A DNA stretch of 64,000 nucleotides from Patescibacteria group bacterium (GTDB taxonomy: Bacteria; Patescibacteriota; Minisyncoccia; Ryanbacterales; GWA2-47-10b): positions 2,793 to 66,792 of the forward strand of contig JBBTQY010000005.1 of the NCBI GenBank assembly GCA_038065475.1, written 5' to 3'. A program made the position numbers and the translations under genes. Of this stretch, positions 59,944 through 64,000 are shown in pieces (within the stretch, counting starts at the first letter, position 1; each line of letters starts with the position of its first letter). The notes beneath the pieces are model-generated. The model saw nothing but the letters and a program-made list of their open reading frames with translations, ran no database searches and was not told the origin of the DNA.

Positions 59944-60273
59944 TCACGAGGTGGCGCGGAAGGCCTCGCAAATCTCGTCTTTGCTGGCGAAATCGCGCTC
60001 CTCCCAGTCGAAGTGGATGCGCTCGGTGAGTAGGACGCTACAGGCAAACATGAAGCCATGGTCGCTTGCCCAGATGGTCTTGCCTTTCATGCGAAGCGTG
60101 AAGGAGGTTGTGGGGATCCCACCGATTCGGACGAAGGTAAGCGCTCCATCTTCATCCGGCTCTTCACGCAGCGTGTGGCCGCCGTAGGCACCCTCGTGTG
60201 TTGCCGCTGCACGCAGCAACGCCTTGAGCCCTTCCTCGTTCTTGTCGCGTGCCGTGATGATATTCATCCGCAT
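59944..60273 (-). CDS. Hypothetical protein
   Basis: AAAGGAGGAG SD, GC-rich codon usage, hairpin at 59910-59935 downstream. Confidence 0.65.
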   Translation of the reverse strand: MRMNIITARDKNEEGLKALLRAAATHEGAYGGHTLREEPDEDGALTFVRIGGIPTTSFTLRMKGKTIWASDHGFMFACSVLLTERIHFDWEERDFASKDEICEAFRATS

Positions 60274-60452
60274 CAGCGTTCTCCTCCTTTTCTGTAAAGA
60301 GGGTAGCGAAAAGTTTCCTCTTTTTCAACTCAAACTAGGCGATTTCTCTTTTATACAGTACTTTATGAGGTGGACTTGGATAAACAAAAAAACCGCGGTC
60401 CATGCGGTTTTGGTTACGGCACTTTGAAAACTAAGTGATACTTCTTAGGATA

Positions 60453-60722
60453 TTACCATGGACCCATTCCGAGAAGAGCTAGAGTTGCTACGCCAAAAAC
60501 AATCATCCAGAAGCTAGCAACAAGTCCAATGGGTATTGCAACCCAACGATGCCATCCAGAATGTTTAATGACAGTCCAAAGACTAAAGATAAAACCAAAA
60601 GCACCAGCTATCGACAAGAGGAGGACGATTGTTAAGTCATTAAGCGGCCTTTGTAAAAACAGAGGCAAACTCGAAAGGATAAGGAAGATGAAGGCGATGA
60701 AAAGTTTGGTATTTGCGTTCAT
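60453..60722 (-). CDS. Small three-TM membrane protein
   Basis: 89-aa hydrophobic ORF with architecture similar to 59553-59900. Confidence 0.55.
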   Translation of the reverse strand: MNANTKLFIAFIFLILSSLPLFLQRPLNDLTIVLLLSIAGAFGFIFSLWTVIKHSGWHRWVAIPIGLVASFWMIVFGVATLALLGMGPW

Positions 60723-62655
60723 GGTGTTGATTGGCGCGTGCTCGTCGAGCTACGCGTATAGCATCATGGCTCACCGGTATTTTGCCTGCAAAGCTCTCGC
60801 TGGGCTTGGTGGGTATCCAGATGCCGAGGCCGAGCTGCGCGCCCATGCCTACTGCAATGATTGTACTATCTTCGGCGCATGTAGTCGATATCCGCTCAGG
60901 CGCGACCCTTTCCCGCAGTATTACAAGTATCTGAGTGAGAGTCAGTCTTCGCTGTCCGCAACAGTAGATGCTGTCTGCAAGGGGGCTGATGTTGCAAACT
61001 ACTCACCCCCCGAACAAACTTCTTACAAGGCAATACATATTGATTATCCAGGTGATGATATTCTTATGGGCGCAATCGAAGAAGATGGTGGATCAGTGGT
61101 TGATCATATAATGGGTATGCGCATCCCACGGTATCTGACTCATTTTTGGGATCCCGATCTTGATCCAACCGGTGCTCAAGGAGGGCTTTCACTTGGATTG
61201 CGGCCGGGTAAAAATCTAAACGACATTCTCAAAAAACTAGGGTCCCCACTCTGTCCAGAGGCAGACCAGCCATCTTGCGAAGAACGAGAAACGGCGCTCA
61301 GTCGCGCTAGGTCTCTCTGGAGTCACGCCTTAAATCTCTATCGGGCGGGCAACAAACGCGAAGCTTACTATGTCTTGGGGCGAGTTGCTCATCTTCTCTC
61401 AGATCTCACGGTACCCGCGCATGTGCATAGTGATGTGCACGGCGGGGCGATCGCGGGTGCACTGATTGCCGACGCGTGCTGCGGAGGCAAGCAACACGCC
61501 GAGAAAGATAAAGACACGCTTGAGCTGCGCACAAAGAATGCCGCGCTTCTCAAGAGCTTTGATGACATAGACGTGATGCCTTATCATCACGAGACTCTTC
61601 TCGACGACGCGCTCTGGGCGAGTGTCACTGACAATCCATCCGACGGACTCTTTCGTCTTTTCTGGTTCACCGCCCAGAAGACGCAGTATTGGGCAAGCGA
61701 TGGCGACAAAGATCCATCGCCTCCTATTACCGTGTCCGGTGGGCGCTGCGAGGCTCCTGATTTTCTGAAGGATGCCAAGCAAATCTGTATCGAGTATGCC
61801 AAACAGAGCCCCGCATTCTATCGCGCAAAAGATGGTTCCCCAGGTTTCCTCCCAGCTGATCTCTGGGCCGCAGAAGGGATGCCGCTCCATCAACCGTGCG
61901 AGATTAGGTCTCTCACCGCCAATGAAGAAAAAGTCATGGCGCGAGCACTCGCGACTCATGCACTCTCAGCGGTTTCCGGCCTCTATCGGCTCTTCTGGGA
62001 TCAGACGCATGATCAGGACGGCGATGGGTACGGCGTAGTCACTGACTGTGATGATGCCAACCCCGCCATGTTCCCCGGCAATACCGAGGTGTGCACTGAC
62101 GCGCTCGACAACGATTGCGACGGCGAGGCCAACGAAAACTGCGCGTCGTTTGCAATCACCCACAGCCCCTACGCCCATGATCCTGATGGTGATGGCGACC
62201 ACGACCCTCACCAACTCTCTGACATTCGAGTCGCTGAATCGTCAGGCGGTGTCTCGTCTCTCGTCACATTAAGTCTCGAGGTTACAGGAGGTTTTGCAGA
62301 AAACGTTCTTCTGCGGGTTGCAGGTATTGCCCCAGATGACAGTCCGGTGCACATGCCCGACGGTCCAGACGATGACCTGCTGCCAGATGACTATGGTGAT
62401 GGCGTGGCAGATGGCCCGTACAATGCTGATTTCACGCTACTTTTCAGCCCGCGCTTTGGTCCGGGTGCGGGCACAACAACAAGAACCATCCCCGCAGGGG
62501 GTTCTACCGAGTTCAAGCTTCGTAGGCTCGCCACACTCGCGCCCGGGCGGTACATGCTCAAGATTGAGGGCGTGAGCGCGGTGACCTCACTGACACGCTC
62601 TGCCGAACTCGTGCTGGTGATCGGTGAGAATACGCCGGGGTACACTCCCCGCTAG
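60697..62655 (+). CDS. Secreted Zn-dependent phospholipase C/P1-nuclease-like protein with MopE-like motif
   Basis: Signal peptide; AH near the mature N-terminus; HFWDPD; AYYVLGRVAHLLSDLTVPAHVH; DQDGDGY..DCDD.NP...PG.TEVC..LDNDCDG. Confidence 0.72.
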   Translation: MKSLVFAFMVLIGACSSSYAYSIMAHRYFACKALAGLGGYPDAEAELRAHAYCNDCTIFGACSRYPLRRDPFPQYYKYLSESQSSLSATVDAVCKGADVANYSPPEQTSYKAIHIDYPGDDILMGAIEEDGGSVVDHIMGMRIPRYLTHFWDPDLDPTGAQGGLSLGLRPGKNLNDILKKLGSPLCPEADQPSCEERETALSRARSLWSHALNLYRAGNKREAYYVLGRVAHLLSDLTVPAHVHSDVHGGAIAGALIADACCGGKQHAEKDKDTLELRTKNAALLKSFDDIDVMPYHHETLLDDALWASVTDNPSDGLFRLFWFTAQKTQYWASDGDKDPSPPITVSGGRCEAPDFLKDAKQICIEYAKQSPAFYRAKDGSPGFLPADLWAAEGMPLHQPCEIRSLTANEEKVMARALATHALSAVSGLYRLFWDQTHDQDGDGYGVVTDCDDANPAMFPGNTEVCTDALDNDCDGEANENCASFAITHSPYAHDPDGDGDHDPHQLSDIRVAESSGGVSSLVTLSLEVTGGFAENVLLRVAGIAPDDSPVHMPDGPDDDLLPDDYGDGVADGPYNADFTLLFSPRFGPGAGTTTRTIPAGGSTEFKLRRLATLAPGRYMLKIEGVSAVTSLTRSAELVLVIGENTPGYTPR

Positions 62656-62701
62656 TTTCATTGTCCAGAGATTCACTCTCTGGGCATTTTTCTTTTTATA
62701 G

Positions 62702-62719
62702 TGTAAAGTATACTTAACA
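62702..62719. promoter_or_regulatory. Palindromic operator overlapping the XRE gene promoter/start
   Basis: TGTAAAGTATACTTAACA; a second copy lies at 63278-63295. Confidence 0.7.
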
Positions 62720-62922
62720 TGTCGAAAGAAGTACTCAAAAACCGTGTGTATGATCTGCGCACAGCAGCCGAGGCGACCCAAGAAGAATTGGGTGATGCGG
62801 TGGGCGTGACGCGGCAGACTATCATCGCCATCGAGCGGGGCAACTATACACCCTCGGTAACATTGGCGCTCAAGCTCGCGCGGTTTTTCAAAAAATCAGT
62901 AGAAGATATTTTTAAATTATGA
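62719..62922 (+). CDS. XRE-family HTH transcriptional regulator
   Basis: TQEELGDAVGVTRQTIIAIERGNYTPSVTLALKLA. Confidence 0.94.
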   Translation: MSKEVLKNRVYDLRTAAEATQEELGDAVGVTRQTIIAIERGNYTPSVTLALKLARFFKKSVEDIFKL

Positions 62923-63269
62923 AAGAGATTGTCGTAGGTATTGCCGTATTTATTCTTCTCGTAGCGGTTGTAAATCCGTTTGAGATTTGGATGCCTGATA
63001 TGTTTGTTATGACGCTTGTGGCATTGCTTGCCGCAGCCACCGCGCTTTTCGCAGTATTCATACTCTCCGAGCGTGGGGGAGACGAGCGTGATGCGTTTCA
63101 TCGCATGCTGGCTGATCGCTATGCGTTTTTAGCGGGTGCAGGCGTGCTCGTAGTAGGTATTGTTGTTGAGAGTTTTCGACATTCGCTCGATATATGGCTG
63201 CCACTCGCGCTTGGCGCGATGGTGCTTGTAAAGATTGCGAGCCTGCTTTACGGCAGGCGAAATTATTAA
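62919..63269 (+). CDS. Small membrane protein (DUF2178-like)
   Basis: Four TM segments with a DERD motif; overlaps the XRE gene stop. Confidence 0.7.
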   Translation: MKEIVVGIAVFILLVAVVNPFEIWMPDMFVMTLVALLAAATALFAVFILSERGGDERDAFHRMLADRYAFLAGAGVLVVGIVVESFRHSLDIWLPLALGAMVLVKIASLLYGRRNY

Positions 63270-63273
63270 CAAC

Positions 63274-63299
63274 AATATGTAAAGTATACTTTACATATT
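63274..63299. promoter_or_regulatory. 26-bp perfect palindrome, probable XRE operator
   Basis: AATATGTAAAGTATACTTTACATATT. Confidence 0.72.
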
Positions 63300-63325
63300 T
63301 TATATTATTCGTTAGTCTGATACTT

Positions 63326-64000
63326 ATGATGTACTCAATTCACACGTCACGCGGCATAGCTCTTCCCGCTGTGCTTATCGTCATCGCAACCCTGCTTGTG
63401 GTGGGAGGCGGTTATTATTATTTTGCTGGTAGTGCACTCGAGCAAGCGCAATGTCCTGCCGATGCAAAGCTCTGCTCTGACGGCTCAGCAGTGGGTCGCA
63501 CGGGCCCCAACTGCGAATTTGCTGCGTGTCCGGGTGACGACGCCATGAAAAAAGATGATGCCATGATGAAGGACGACGAGGCCATGATGAAAGAAGATGG
63601 CGCCATGATGGACACAAAGGATGATGCAATGATGCAAGAAGGCGATTCCATAATGCTTCAGCTCTCAGGCACGGTTCTTGCAGGATCAAAAGCGCCGCTC
63701 ATTGATTTCAATAAAGCTGACTATGACAAGGCGATTGCGTCTGACAAGCTTGTGGTGCTGTATTTTTACGCTGATTGGTGCCCGATTTGCCGCGCTGAAT
63801 TTCCAAAGATGCAACAGGCATTCCATGAACTCTCGACTGACAAGGTAGTAGGTTTCCGCGTGAACTACAAAGACGACTTTACCGATGCTGACGAGATGGC
63901 TCTTGCCCGTCAGTTTGGTGTTGCCTACCAGCATACAAAAATATTTTTGAAGGGAGGTCAGCAGATACTCAAAGCTCCCGATTCGTGGGAGAAGGCACGC
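63326..64000 (+). CDS. Exported thioredoxin-like protein with Met-rich repeats (3' end runs off window)
   Basis: Hand translation: TM, CPADAKLCSDGSAVGRTGPNCEFAACP, (DAMMKD)n repeats, VVLYFYADWCPIC. Confidence 0.88.
   Translation, partial: MMYSIHTSRGIALPAVLIVIATLLVVGGGYYYFAGSALEQAQCPADAKLCSDGSAVGRTGPNCEFAACPGDDAMKKDDAMMKDDEAMMKEDGAMMDTKDDAMMQEGDSIMLQLSGTVLAGSKAPLIDFNKADYDKAIASDKLVVLYFYADWCPICRAEFPKMQQAFHELSTDKVVGFRVNYKDDFTDADEMALARQFGVAYQHTKIFLKGGQQILKAPDSWEKAR

Noticed and set aside
1-64000. Alternative genetic code (UGA=Gly) as in Gracilibacteria/Absconditabacteria
   Set aside because: Conserved genes translate full length in code 11, and pcrA and pilC end properly at TGA.

Overview
This 64-kb chromosomal segment most likely comes from a Patescibacteria/CPR (Parcubacteria-like) bacterium. 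That is inferred from gene content: rpsO-NYN-pnp, trigger factor lacking its PPIase domain, an H+-PPase, an expanded type IV pilus locus and many orphan membrane proteins. Core genes are rsmA (partial), pcrA/uvrD, a LysM-M23 peptidase, comM/yifB, a dksA-like gene, pnp, rpsO, a Xer recombinase, cca, yraN, acyP, hup, rny, gpmI, clpP, tig, hppA, nusA and rpmB, plus 8 tRNAs. A ~16.5-kb pilus operon runs HK/RR-pilB-pilC, two complete minor-pilin modules each ending in a ~940-aa PilX-like protein, then pilMNO(P). GC-richer orphan cassettes with their own promoter, SD and terminator are interspersed. The most notable signals are: (1) a dense parS cluster written into and around yraN, including an in-frame insertion; (2) a conserved CCC-loop hairpin overlapping nt +1/+2 of three unrelated tRNAs; (3) two promoter/terminator-bounded structured ncRNA candidates, one 6S-like; (4) leaderless core genes versus strong-SD GC-rich accessory genes; (5) duplicated pilus-tip modules. 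No CRISPR array, rRNA or transposase was seen.
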